Below are positions 44,301 through 56,707 of a stretch of DNA of 64,000 bases, piece by piece (the first letter of the stretch is position 1; each line of letters opens with the position of its first letter). A model generated the notes under the pieces. That model was not told the origin of the DNA and did no database searches. It worked only from the letters and a program-made list of their open reading frames with translations. The position numbers were made by a program, and so were the translations under genes. The stretch is taken from NCBI GenBank assembly GCA_036639875.1, contig JAVWHX010000001.1:87155-151154 (forward strand), in the 5' to 3' direction. The stretch comes from Coprobacillus sp. (GTDB taxonomy: Bacteria; Bacillota_I; Bacilli_A; Erysipelotrichales; Coprobacillaceae).

Positions 44301-47300
44301 TATTGATGTTTGTATCATAGAAATCCTTATCCCAAAGTTGTTTCTTTGACGTATACTCAGAACATTTTATCGCATATTGCGGATTTTCTGATACAAGATA
44401 GACATTTTTATTTACTGCTGAGCCATTGCTATGTCGTATTGGATGCAATGATAAATTATATCCGCCATCAATAGGTCTATCATTAACTGTATCCGTTGTA
44501 AACTTATACATATCACCAACAACAAATATATTTTCTATAAGAGGATTTCTATAATCTGCAGTTATTATTCCTGAATAATTCGAATTTGCATAAATATCAG
44601 TAATTGCATAGATATTCTTTATTATTCCAGAAGAGTATTGAGTCACAATTCCTCCATCATTTCTCACATATATATGTCCATTCTTTGTTTTATTATAGAT
44701 ATAACCATTTTCAATGATTCCGAAGTTATTTCTGACAAAAACTGTAGAATTTACATTTGTTCCTACCATTTTAACCCAACTTTCACCATCGAACTCTATG
44801 ATAAAATTATTAATCTTTCCATAATTATCTCTCATAAAAGAGGTTGAACGAAATTGATCTCCTAATGCATTTGGTGCGTATATGATATTCTCCATAATTC
44901 CATAGTTATTTCTTACAACATTATAACCTAAGTCATCCCCAGCAACTCCTACAAACCTTACATTCTTCAATGTTCCAGACTTCCCAACATCAAAATTAGA
45001 ACGCCTTCCTTTCCCTAGAGAAAGTGTATGTCCTTGAAAATCTAATGTACCATTAAATGTAAAATCACTTAAAAATGGCCATTGTGTTTCCACAATATCA
45101 TTAACAACTATATAATTTCCCCATGTATCATTTTTAATATATTGAAAATCACTTATGGACTTTATTACATATGTGAGTTTATCAGATTCTACTTCACATT
45201 CATCTAAAACAATAACTCGTCCATGATATTGAATTGATATTTCAAACTTATAACTTTTTCCATTCTCCAAATAGACTGTTCTTGCTTGACTAACAGGCTT
45301 AATCTTTCCATTTTCATATGTCAGATGATTTTCACTCACCGTACTTATCTTATAGTCATCTTTTCCTATCACATTCGTTTCATACTGTGTAATGTAGTAG
45401 TTCTCTACATTTTGTAGTAATCCTGCATTATCTGTTAACGTTTCTTCTAATGATATGACCTTTTGATTCTTCGCCTCTTGTAAAAGTAACAATTGTTCGT
45501 TTCTGCCTTTTCCAAATGACCATCGCATATAGGCTGCATTTGTTGGAACCACAATAACATTTTCAGTTTGATGTCGACCTCCGATATATTTCTTTTCTTT
45601 ATCATAAAATACAGTTGGACCATTAAGTTTATAATAGATATCTCCTGGTGTTACTTCTATATAATCAGTAGAATTATAGGCAGTGTGATTGGATTGAAAT
45701 CCTGATCCAACATCAAGAAAAGCATCATTTATTATATTAACACCAATGAAAGCATCTTTTGGATTATCTATTTGAATCATGTTGGAGTTATTTAGGTTCT
45801 CAATTCTTCCTTGAACCCTTATATTTTTCCATTGATAGTAATTATTAATGACTGTTCTATCAAAATAAACACCCATTCCATCTGCATATGTCTGATTGTA
45901 AAATCTTTGAACTACTCTATTGTTAGTATCGTAGGCTAGCATTCTTAATAAGCCAGCACCAAAATCTTTTAAATATAATCCTTTTGTTGAATCAACAGGA
46001 AGATAATCAGTAACAAAATATCCTTCCTTATCTATAATATGCCCTTCATCATCTATTCCTTTATTCATCATGACTTTCTCTTTATCTATATTTCCTATAA
46101 CACTTTGATTATCATAAGTAAATTGCATATCATTCAGCTCTATGCTTCCTTCTATACCAAGTGTTGGTCTAAATGTAAATGTCTTAAATGTGAAGTTTCT
46201 TTGTAATGTCCCTGCTGTTTGTCCATCATTATACTGTGCTGCTACAAATCTTATCTCATAGTTATCTTCATCACTTAATGATTCAAATCGCATCTTTTCG
46301 ATTTTATCACCTATTAGATATGTATGTGACTCTATAACTTCTTCTCCTCTTACTAATTGAATTGTATATTTATCATCTAGTAATGTTTTATCAATATCAT
46401 TGACTTGTAAACCATAAAACTCGAAGAACTTCTGACCTTGAAAATAATCTTCATATATAATTTGTGGTTCTCTTTTCTTTGTAATGAAATTATCTTTACT
46501 TATCATTGTTTGTAAATCATAGATATATCCACCTTGATTTGCTTTACTTAAAACTTTCATTATATATTTCGTTGATGGACTTAAAGTTCCTTCTGTCATA
46601 GTAATATGAAGACTTCCACTCTTCTCTGCACTTGTTTCAAAATATGCACCATTGATAAATGCTTGCCATGGTGTCACTCCAGATAATAACAATTCTTTAC
46701 TGACACTTAACAAAATCTCTGGTTTATTTTTTTCTCCTTGTTGGATAATTAATTGTTTCTTTGTATCATCATAAAACTTCTGTATATCTACATTATCAAA
46801 CATCTCTTTTTGAATAGTGATTCCTACTTTATCATTTTTATCTGATGTTAATTCAAATGTTATTTCATTCATCAAATCAGCAAGTGATGTTGATGACTTT
46901 GTATTCATGTTGATATTAATAGTTGCGCTAGTCCCTAATATATTCGTAAATGAATTTGTATAATTTAATGTTCCATTCCCTATTGATGCTGAATAGAACG
47001 CTGAATTACATATTTCTTTTTTCTTATCTCCTGTATTATCTTCTATATTATAATTTGCTATTGCCTTTATATACAGTTTCTGTGAGAATGGCAAATTATA
47101 TATTGATAAATCTATGTCTTTATCTTCTTTACTAATTTGTATTTCTTTCGCTGTTTCTTTTACACCATCTTTTTCATATTGAATATTGAGTGGTTCTCCA
47201 CCCTCATCACATATCTTTACTGTATAATAACTATCTATTATAGCATTATCTATATCACTTAAACTCAACTTAAGTTTAAATGATCCTGCTTTGTTTTCAT

Positions 47301-47640
47301 TTATCTTAACTTTTACTACTGGTGTAGTTTTCGCTGTTTTCACTGTCCCTTTTATCTTCTCTGGTGTTGTTGGGATAGCATGAGAAAAACGATCTAAGAT
47401 TTCCATTGTATAACTATATGTTGAATTACTTTTTAATACTGGACTAGTTGAGAAGTCTAGCGTTTCTCCTTTGTTTAATTTTTTCATGATATCCGAACTG
47501 ATATCTGCCACAATTTCTTCTTTTGTTTGAGTATCTATAAAACGAATACTTCCTTTTGCAGCATATGGTAGTGTATTTTTATAAATGTTTTCTAATGTTT
47601 TATCTCCAGTTATATAATCACTATCATTTTCTAATTTCAA
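38365..47640 (-). CDS. giant envelope protein, distal 3,091 codons: FN3-like array, beta-helix/GLUG repeat blocks, C-terminal TM anchor
   Basis: Open frame of 9,276 nt. It has no SD sequence and only a TTG as a possible start. It lies in the same frame as ORF 47644-49113, separated by one TAA plus one codon. Contains GG[ILVAF]xG (GLUG-type) repeats. The C-terminus WVVIGTVFISISALLVVLYKKRK is a TM anchor. No LPXTG. Confidence 0.8.
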   Translation of the reverse strand: MKLENDSDYITGDKTLENIYKNTLPYAAKGSIRFIDTQTKEEIVADISSDIMKKLNKGETLDFSTSPVLKSNSTYSYTMEILDRFSHAIPTTPEKIKGTVKTAKTTPVVKVKINENKAGSFKLKLSLSDIDNAIIDSYYTVKICDEGGEPLNIQYEKDGVKETAKEIQISKEDKDIDLSIYNLPFSQKLYIKAIANYNIEDNTGDKKKEICNSAFYSASIGNGTLNYTNSFTNILGTSATININMNTKSSTSLADLMNEITFELTSDKNDKVGITIQKEMFDNVDIQKFYDDTKKQLIIQQGEKNKPEILLSVSKELLLSGVTPWQAFINGAYFETSAEKSGSLHITMTEGTLSPSTKYIMKVLSKANQGGYIYDLQTMISKDNFITKKREPQIIYEDYFQGQKFFEFYGLQVNDIDKTLLDDKYTIQLVRGEEVIESHTYLIGDKIEKMRFESLSDEDNYEIRFVAAQYNDGQTAGTLQRNFTFKTFTFRPTLGIEGSIELNDMQFTYDNQSVIGNIDKEKVMMNKGIDDEGHIIDKEGYFVTDYLPVDSTKGLYLKDFGAGLLRMLAYDTNNRVVQRFYNQTYADGMGVYFDRTVINNYYQWKNIRVQGRIENLNNSNMIQIDNPKDAFIGVNIINDAFLDVGSGFQSNHTAYNSTDYIEVTPGDIYYKLNGPTVFYDKEKKYIGGRHQTENVIVVPTNAAYMRWSFGKGRNEQLLLLQEAKNQKVISLEETLTDNAGLLQNVENYYITQYETNVIGKDDYKISTVSENHLTYENGKIKPVSQARTVYLENGKSYKFEISIQYHGRVIVLDECEVESDKLTYVIKSISDFQYIKNDTWGNYIVVNDIVETQWPFLSDFTFNGTLDFQGHTLSLGKGRRSNFDVGKSGTLKNVRFVGVAGDDLGYNVVRNNYGIMENIIYAPNALGDQFRSTSFMRDNYGKINNFIIEFDGESWVKMVGTNVNSTVFVRNNFGIIENGYIYNKTKNGHIYVRNDGGIVTQYSSGIIKNIYAITDIYANSNYSGIITADYRNPLIENIFVVGDMYKFTTDTVNDRPIDGGYNLSLHPIRHSNGSAVNKNVYLVSENPQYAIKCSEYTSKKQLWDKDFYDTNINKENTFEVDSLVELGYYPQLKMDSCMDKYQPYIKLPEVEDGIAPKVVDSVVTKQTEDYADVTIKMTNPNNDIISNITVDNVDCIIFEQQVVNHFYEVKVKVSNPKVYVSEYKISKFDYRSTHTENSATVTDSSIKAEFYKPINSFNDWMIMASNQSQNYRLKTDLDFSTVSNYNSIYLTKFTGKFDGGKYDADGKLIGMHTISNINPPSDFSKVSALIDAMNGTFKNVRIQGFEWMRDTTLSTALINTTIGEISNIHIRDISLEGTDGIISGLVNTAGMMSEIKNCSIKDMKLKSVPSNTATSNTISGMTSTLNGKLNHCYVSDFEIELDTSRTEISPSAAGIVGKLGSSGVLLDSYASGKIKSLMNNGGLVGVRVANEEGKIQRCYSDVIIESSNEYNGGISVNTSSRNCLSVGSMMLSKADYNYAHRIAAKKNSYPIDKDNYAYSGQYFNNMDIGVDDATGLLTREQLSNKDTYLYTIKMGNAFDYSEVENGALPKVKNTNGELLPDQQSKYLSSDNVKMSVINSKQMGETYEVEVEVHHEGFDIQNITIDDMTELSIDKTTKNDVSVCTITSKKLKALDLYKLNVILKNKKNPAIMTLSSMVDYQGPVYWEISNSQQWQNIVANHKESSENFKIIGIIDFEGIKNPVLDVAVNRFIGQDKATSIIKNLTFNDSQGYNLIKNSMSGISDITFDNININYETSAPNKGAMGIIKQNSADLENCVFKNSKLNANLFNGSIIGMIGNNVGNIKNVEVSEILIEGTYKTVITGTNGSVGGLVGSCSGGMQNITGKNIIVNASESTSVGGIVGYQNVTYLKATSNNDISVENVSLKGKSNIGGIGGYNTTKISTNYSAKNVLIEGNGTNHGGIFGVTYANINNSELDGVSLQDITINSTISSYYIGGAVGTGTGIVYDINAKNINLKGGSGIGGILGKGNVSNSIIENVTVNAERFNAGGVAGECNNSVVNSEVRFANVRAKYAAGGVVGRGGCYTVTVVNADVQAEKYAGGIVGSGNVITDGEADIENKVYSPPPYWCAVYDTKVKTTKDYAGGIIGFSGHKTVKSTDWHNVVARCEIEANNYAGGFFGGSYGMDTNITTRYAIVRDTKITAKNNYAGGIAGCVILDNPNFSSYGGYVSNIDVHASSYAGGLFGYVQEVEGVTPIKRLRGYLIHNSRVSSVDKEKSNFVTYNYRDIVEDKNILGIKIEENSTLNGIKAKDAGIWQDPTREHIEVITEADIGDYDLLTNVYDPVTGTTKNSKRPGLAWATNQMSVYATLELGRDFSAVNGKNDFSFTPIDYTKHVFRVHADLPDGTYKIYSANKPSEMYDLVIKSKEGDVTISSVTCQFQRISLKLKVNEDTIWSSVLAYLSNYFTTAKVVEGQTYYEGNDVSPQTIILEDGDYTWYKDRNYNLGKDNSTSIVAGKGNQITIPSRGYYYAIDATNKKISPLFTFDTHGYLPSVVSGNTTPKYQEGLAVPGDYSTAYSVLDGLFEGEARLDYIPRTPSLGTLSSKARMATIEKKLPKLNVYSSGTDRINIEFNDSLSAYQDKGIQVKLSYGSTEKEYTVKERTLTIGYDYQTDIEIKVSYGKESYDYLVKAEDVIQSVSTYKNRYYYLVDDGVKDNDMKWQGDYIHLYHNEVLSKEQEIVSLKDSKKRKAAILGELLETKEIYSGENQGYQIKNYSTYSTTNNKEVNDMLLVKRGKLHIIDGHLEKRGIQVIVDVYNGKQIQCILQENGKLLNVIGEIKTPEGFRNEDIVEISGTMENDTTIMFVRYKDGTLVGFDYLSGKTIDVESQSKDIGFFDFMKTSFFSLFDAPVENIESKEGDVETFENELIQLDEEGLTLLEEAEMIIVSNKNSDTEKTVLTSEEKEEIIEKVEKQKSKNSQERQAYVTKYNAKEGKFETYQKQSILEAEEEIISENEKIKELEKNGLDIKQLKNEPQVNKINNGFPLDWVVIGTVFISISALLVVLYKKRKMIQN
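40846..42200 (-). repeat. degenerate tandem coding repeats of GLUG type (predicted beta-helix), block 2
   Basis: At least 13 copies of the xGG[ILVAF][VIFAG]G motif, spaced about 20-30 aa apart (VGGLVG, VGGIVG, IGGIGG, HGGIFG, IGGAVG, IGGILG, AGGVAG, AGGVVG, AGGIVG, AGGIIG, AGGFFG, AGGIAG, AGGLFG). Confidence 0.65.
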
Positions 47641-47643
47641 ATC

Positions 47644-49113
47644 TTATATTTTCATCATATTTGATGATAATATATCTTTCATTTCATAATTAACTTTGAT
47701 TGGTTTGACATTATCTTTAATAGCTAATGTCTTAGTTTCTGTTAACTCTAAAAATGTTTCTGCTGTTTTCTTTCCAAATTCATCATAATACTGATAAACT
47801 CCTTCTACATATATAGTTGAATCTGGTGGTAATATAGATATTTCTGCTTGTACACTCTTTAAAAATTGTTTTCTCATTAAGAGTGTTCCTTTTGAATCAT
47901 AGACATTAAAACGTATTCCTCTTATGATCTTATTTGATGGATCATTAATTGTAAGATCAGTATGAATCGTATAAACCCATGTTTTTAACTCATTATTTGT
48001 AACTGTTGGTTTTATATATGTTGTATCTGGTGGAGCTGGATCTTGAGGGTCATCTTCGCCTTCACTATCCCCTTCTCCATCGCCTTCGTTTTCTCCGCCT
48101 TCTCCTACACCTTCTCCTGGCTTATCACTCTCAGATCCCCCAGTATGATCACCTCCAGTGTTACCTTCATCAACTGGTGGTGTTGGTTTCACTTCTGGTT
48201 TCTCTGGTTCAATTGGACTTGGTGTTTGCTCTCCGGCCTCTGGTAAACTCCCCTCATCTCCTATATCATCTTTATCACTATTTTCCCCATTATCACCTTG
48301 CACTTTATCTTCAGATGGTTGTTTCTCTTGTTCATTTTGAATAGGTTCTCTTTTCTCCGCAGGCTTTTTATTCTTTTCTTCTTCTCTTTTTTCTATTTCT
48401 TCTTTAATTTCTTCCTCTTTTTTCTCTATCTCTTTTACTGTTTCTTTTACAATTCCTAATTGCTTTAAGAAATCACTATAATTCATTGTTTTCCCATTAA
48501 GTGTTATCTTTGCGTTTTGAAGTCCTCTAACAGCTAAAAAGTTTAGTTTTCCTTCATTATAACAATATGCATTGATATAAGTTTCTGTGAAATTAGCAAA
48601 TGAATTGACAGGTAAAACATATGTTTCTAACAATGTTTGTATCTTAATATCTTTATGATTCATAAAAATACCATTCTTCAAATAAGCCATTGTTATTTTC
48701 TCATTATCCACTTGTTTTCCACTTGCATCAAAACTATGACCTCCACTTAAATACATCCCTTGTGCACTTGTTAAAACATCAAAATCCTCAGTTATAAGCT
48801 GAGGTTGTGCTTCTATGAATCGTATCCCAGCTCCTTCTTTAATAAACATAGGAAACTCTAAATCTACCTTTTTCTTGTCATTACTTACATAATATGAATC
48901 ACCATTTATATAGATAGGTTCAGTTTCACTGACTTTTACTAGTGAAACAGCATCAGCTTCATAAATATCTTCTTTATTCAATGATTCTTCAATATCATTT
49001 TCTTCTAAAACATATCCATTTTCATCAATATAAGAATGAACAATATATGTATTCATTTGAATAAAAACCAACGCCGATAACATAACAACTGCAAGAATAA
49101 TTAGTTTTTTCAT
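47644..49113 (-). CDS. N-terminally anchored envelope protein (489 codons); probable proximal part of the giant protein
   Basis: Strong RBS GGAGGTG. N-terminus MKKLIILAVVMLSALVFIQ is a signal or anchor. Then a juxtamembrane domain with a KITLNGKTMNYSD motif, an E/K coil, an acidic Pro/Gly spacer and the first FN3-like module. Ends at a TAA that is in frame with the next ORF. Confidence 0.8.
   Translation of the reverse strand: MKKLIILAVVMLSALVFIQMNTYIVHSYIDENGYVLEENDIEESLNKEDIYEADAVSLVKVSETEPIYINGDSYYVSNDKKKVDLEFPMFIKEGAGIRFIEAQPQLITEDFDVLTSAQGMYLSGGHSFDASGKQVDNEKITMAYLKNGIFMNHKDIKIQTLLETYVLPVNSFANFTETYINAYCYNEGKLNFLAVRGLQNAKITLNGKTMNYSDFLKQLGIVKETVKEIEKKEEEIKEEIEKREEEKNKKPAEKREPIQNEQEKQPSEDKVQGDNGENSDKDDIGDEGSLPEAGEQTPSPIEPEKPEVKPTPPVDEGNTGGDHTGGSESDKPGEGVGEGGENEGDGEGDSEGEDDPQDPAPPDTTYIKPTVTNNELKTWVYTIHTDLTINDPSNKIIRGIRFNVYDSKGTLLMRKQFLKSVQAEISILPPDSTIYVEGVYQYYDEFGKKTAETFLELTETKTLAIKDNVKPIKVNYEMKDILSSNMMKI
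48025..48444 (-). repeat. low-complexity coding spacer (E/K-rich, then acidic Pro/Gly-rich)
   Basis: aa 224-363: KEIEKKEEEIKEEIEKREEEKNKK ... PSPIEPEKPEVKPTPPVDEGNTGGDHTGGSESDKPGEGVGEGGENEGDGEGDSEGEDDPQDPAPP. Locally GC-rich, which generates spurious antisense ORFs. Confidence 0.8.
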
Positions 49114-49130
49114 AGTTACACACCTCCTTC

Positions 49131-49823
49131 TTATTTCATTTCATCTAAATCATCAACATTGTTATATAACAAAATATTTTTATCTTGGTTTATTAACACA
49201 CCATTTTTTAAATCAATTTTATAATCAGCACATGTTGCTTCCAATGTATCCGTTATTATTTTATTTGTTGTTATTTTTTTTGTTTTCGACTCATATAAAA
49301 CAAATGCCTTTGAATTCATATTTACATAAATACTTGAGAATGCATCTAACTGCTTTTGTTCTCCATTAATTGTAATCTGAGTTTTCTCTAAAAATATATA
49401 TGTTGATTCTCCATCATATAAAAATCCAAGATCACTTACTATTTTATTATCATTAAAAATCCCTTCTTGTTGAGAAGCAAAAACAGAAAAATGATTAGCT
49501 CTAAAATATTGTTTTGATCTTGCGTTGACATAAATCATATCTTTTGGTAAAACAATACTATTTGATGATTCCAAATAGAGTGGCATTGCACTTAATGTCA
49601 CATTACTTGTGCATCTTCCTTCACATGTTTTTTCTTTATCATAATAAAGTTCTGTTCCTTTTTTATAAGAAATGATTGTTCCAGCTCCAGGTTGAGTAGC
49701 TGTCTCTTTTAAAGTGAAAGTTGAACTATCATTTAAAAAGAAATAAAGCGCTGCTGCCATAACCAAAAATATAAAGCTTGCTATTATTGCATAAATAAAC
49801 GATTCTTTTTTCTTAAGTTTCAT
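49131..49823 (-). CDS. bitopic membrane protein carrying only the shared juxtamembrane domain
   Basis: 230 aa. N-terminal anchor FIYAIIASFIFLVMAAALYFFL and a QITINGEQKQLD motif. GGAGGT RBS. 4-nt overlap with the upstream gene. Confidence 0.75.
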   Translation of the reverse strand: MKLKKKESFIYAIIASFIFLVMAAALYFFLNDSSTFTLKETATQPGAGTIISYKKGTELYYDKEKTCEGRCTSNVTLSAMPLYLESSNSIVLPKDMIYVNARSKQYFRANHFSVFASQQEGIFNDNKIVSDLGFLYDGESTYIFLEKTQITINGEQKQLDAFSSIYVNMNSKAFVLYESKTKKITTNKIITDTLEATCADYKIDLKNGVLINQDKNILLYNNVDDLDEMK

Positions 49824-50306
49824 ACTTTCTTACCTCCATTTACCAAAAAATATAATTCATACAAAAATAAATATATGGAATACATTGTTATACATATTCC
49901 TGTTAAAATATAAACAACGAGAAACATCATTGGTGTATGCATGATAATCATATATTGAAATATCATGTTGTTAATGATAAGTGCCACAGCACATAACAAT
50001 ATATTAATTGCTACATAAACAAACATCTTTAAATGTTCTATAAATACCAAACATAAAATCGCCTGACATATATAAAACATGACATGAACAGCATTAAGAG
50101 ATTGGAAACGAAAAACAGAACTGATTATAAAACACATAAAAGAAAAACAGCTTATAAGTTCCAATCTTGCTTTTGTATTTAACATCATCAATAGATGTTT
50201 CCATATATATATTTTTTCATTTTTCTTAGATAAAATGACAATTGTATAAGTACATAATACAAGTAAGATAGAAACAACTATATATTCTTTTAATTGTGCA
50301 ATATTA

Positions 50307-50323
<17 letters not shown>
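49820..50323 (-). CDS. small polytopic membrane protein (4-5 TM), unknown family, last gene of the ATPase cassette
   Basis: 167 aa and very hydrophobic. Overlaps the epsilon-like gene by 17 nt and the next gene by 4 nt. I could not recognise an a-subunit LRLxxN-type motif. Confidence 0.7.
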
Positions 50324-52788
<2,465 letters not shown>

Positions 52789-52792
52789 ATGG

Positions 52793-54109
52793 TTATTCCA
52801 TAAATGCAGAAAAAATCTGTACCATTTCTTCTACATCTTTTGCAGAATATTTATATTGTTTAAATGCTTCAAGAAGTTTTTGACCACGTCTTAATTTTGT
52901 TTGAAGTGCTTCACCCATTTCATCAATATTCGCTAACTCATAAATATCTCGTGTTTCCAAATAACTTAAAAGTTCACGTCTTGTTTTACTTCCTATTTTT
53001 TTAACTTGTTTTTCTTGTACACTTCCTCCTAATCTTGATACACTCAAACCATAATCAATCGCCGGTTTTTGCCCTTTATCAAAATTCTTCTTACTTAATA
53101 CAATTTGTCCATCAGTGATTGAAATAATATTCGTACTTATATACTCTGTTATATCTCCACCTCTTGTTTCCATGATAGGTAAAATCGTAATACTTCCTCC
53201 ACCAACATGTTGACATCCTTTTTCTAAAAGTCTTGAATGTGTATAGAAAATATCACTTGGATATGCATCTCTTCCTGGTTCTTTTCCTGTCAATAATGCT
53301 ATTTCACGATAGACATCTGCATGACGTTTTAAATCATCAATAACTACCAATACATCCTTACCCTGCATCATATAATCTTCTGCTATTGATAAACCAACAT
53401 AAGGTGTCAATGACATAACAGGAGGCTGTTCATCATTGTTCGCACAAAGGATAATTGTATGCTCCATTGCCCCTTGATACATAAGCTGTTGATAAATATC
53501 TTTAACTGACTTCTTTGTTTTCCCAATAGATATGTAAATACACAATACGTCTTTACTTTTTTGATTACAGATTGTATCTAAAGCAATTTGTGTTTTTCCA
53601 GTTTTTTTATCTCCAAGAATAAGTTGTCGTTGCCCTTTTCCAATAGGATACAATAAATCGATACCTGATATTCCTGTATACAACGGTCTATTAACACTGT
53701 TTCTTGACATTATTGATATTGCATTATGTTCAATGGGTTGTGATTTATAGTTTGCAAAATACTGTGCATTCATCTGATCTTTCCCAAACATATCGACAAT
53801 ATGTCCAATTGAATCTTCACTAAAAGTTGCTTCAAATTTTCTCCCCGTTAGTGTTGCTTCATCTCCTACATAGATATCCTTTTCTATCTTCACTAATGAT
53901 ACAATGACACTATCTTCTTTAATAACATTAATATATCCTTTTGCTTTATTCCCTATTTGAACTTCTTCAAAATAACCAGCGTTCATTAAACCTTTGATTT
54001 CTACAACATATTTGTATATGCGTATGATTCTTCCAGTTTCAAAAACATTAGTTGAAGCTTGCATATTATGAATCTTGCTTGTTATTTTTTCTTTCATAAA
54101 ATCATTCAT
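52793..54109 (-). CDS. F1 alpha-like subunit (C-terminally shortened)
   Basis: Walker A QLILGDKKTGKTQIALDTICNQ, VVIDDLKRHADVYREIALL, GREAYP-like GRDAYPSDIFYTHSRLLE, ITDGQIVL, and PAIDYGLSVSRLGG (arginine-finger region). 438 aa, against roughly 500 aa for typical alpha subunits. Confidence 0.9.
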   Translation of the reverse strand: MNDFMKEKITSKIHNMQASTNVFETGRIIRIYKYVVEIKGLMNAGYFEEVQIGNKAKGYINVIKEDSVIVSLVKIEKDIYVGDEATLTGRKFEATFSEDSIGHIVDMFGKDQMNAQYFANYKSQPIEHNAISIMSRNSVNRPLYTGISGIDLLYPIGKGQRQLILGDKKTGKTQIALDTICNQKSKDVLCIYISIGKTKKSVKDIYQQLMYQGAMEHTIILCANNDEQPPVMSLTPYVGLSIAEDYMMQGKDVLVVIDDLKRHADVYREIALLTGKEPGRDAYPSDIFYTHSRLLEKGCQHVGGGSITILPIMETRGGDITEYISTNIISITDGQIVLSKKNFDKGQKPAIDYGLSVSRLGGSVQEKQVKKIGSKTRRELLSYLETRDIYELANIDEMGEALQTKLRRGQKLLEAFKQYKYSAKDVEEMVQIFSAFME

Positions 54110-54121
54110 ACTGCCTCCATT

Positions 54122-54873
54122 CTACAGACTAAAATCATATAATCTGTCTTTATATCTAATTCGATACCCTTCTAATATTTCGCTATCTTTCAATTGTATT
54201 AATTCTTTTGAAGATTCAACAGGATTAACTTCTTTATTTGAATAAATATATATATGTGGATCATTGTTAAAAATATAATCTTTCAAATAACTTATAAACA
54301 AATATAAATCAAATGACTGTTTTTCTTCACAATACTTCTTAAAAATAGTAAATTGGGCTGGAAGAGTTTTTAAAACATCATTTATCACTTCTATTTGTTG
54401 ATTTGAATTAAGGTTCATCAAACCATAATAAACATCTATATCAAATAATGATAAAAGGTCTTCATAATCTTGAACTGAAATAAAGTTCTCTTTTTTTAAT
54501 TCATTAATTGCTTCTAACGATAAATTTAAAGAATTTATTTCAAAATCACATTTCACCATTCTATAATGTTCATCAAAACGATTGTTTTGATAAACGGCCT
54601 GTTTGATAAAACTTTGTTCTCTCTTTTTTTCTTCTTTTTCAATTTTTGTATTTATAATCTCATGAGACGAGATACTGAGTAAGTCGATTTCAGCTTGCTT
54701 TTCTAATAATTCTGCAGTTTTCTTTTCTAATAACTCATCATAAAGATCTGCCATAACAACTCCTACTTTTTTATATATCTGTTGATGAATATCTTGACAT
54801 ATTTTTTTAACAGCAAAAAGTAAGAATGCAGCTAATGATACCATCACTAAAATAACTGCTATAAAACTTATCA

Positions 54874-54874
<1 letters not shown>
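54122..54874 (-). CDS. b-like peripheral-stalk protein with unrelated C-terminal globular domain
   Basis: 250 aa. One N-terminal TM helix (ISFIAVILVMVSLAAFLLFAV), an approx 70-aa charged helical segment (ELLEKKTAELLEKQAEIDLL ... EKEEKKREQ), then an approx 140-aa domain of unknown type. Occupies the position of atpF/atpH. Confidence 0.55.

Positions 54875-56707
<1,833 letters not shown>

Noticed and set aside
38365-47640. IgA1-protease/Zmp-type metalloprotease call for the GLUG-repeat giant protein
   Set aside because: A scan of the translation by eye found no HEXXH zinc-binding motif, and GLUG repeats alone are not catalytic. I also saw no G5 domain or LPXTG features.
47644-47646. Reassigned genetic code (TAA read as a sense codon) to explain the in-frame stop
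   Set aside because: TAA terminates many well-supported genes in this window at the expected protein lengths (for example enolase, htpG and the ABC transporters). TGG encodes Trp and TGA is not needed as a sense codon. The standard code 11 fits everywhere else.
48006-48344. Three overlapping plus-strand ORFs (48006-48344, 48043-48246, 48158-48340)
   Set aside because: They sit opposite the GC-rich acidic/Pro/Gly low-complexity spacer of the 489-aa gene, where stop codons are rare in all frames. Their products are Leu/His/Ser-rich nonsense. The same applies to 55932-56222 (opposite the G-G-X tract) and 61594-61830 (opposite the G-X-Y tract).
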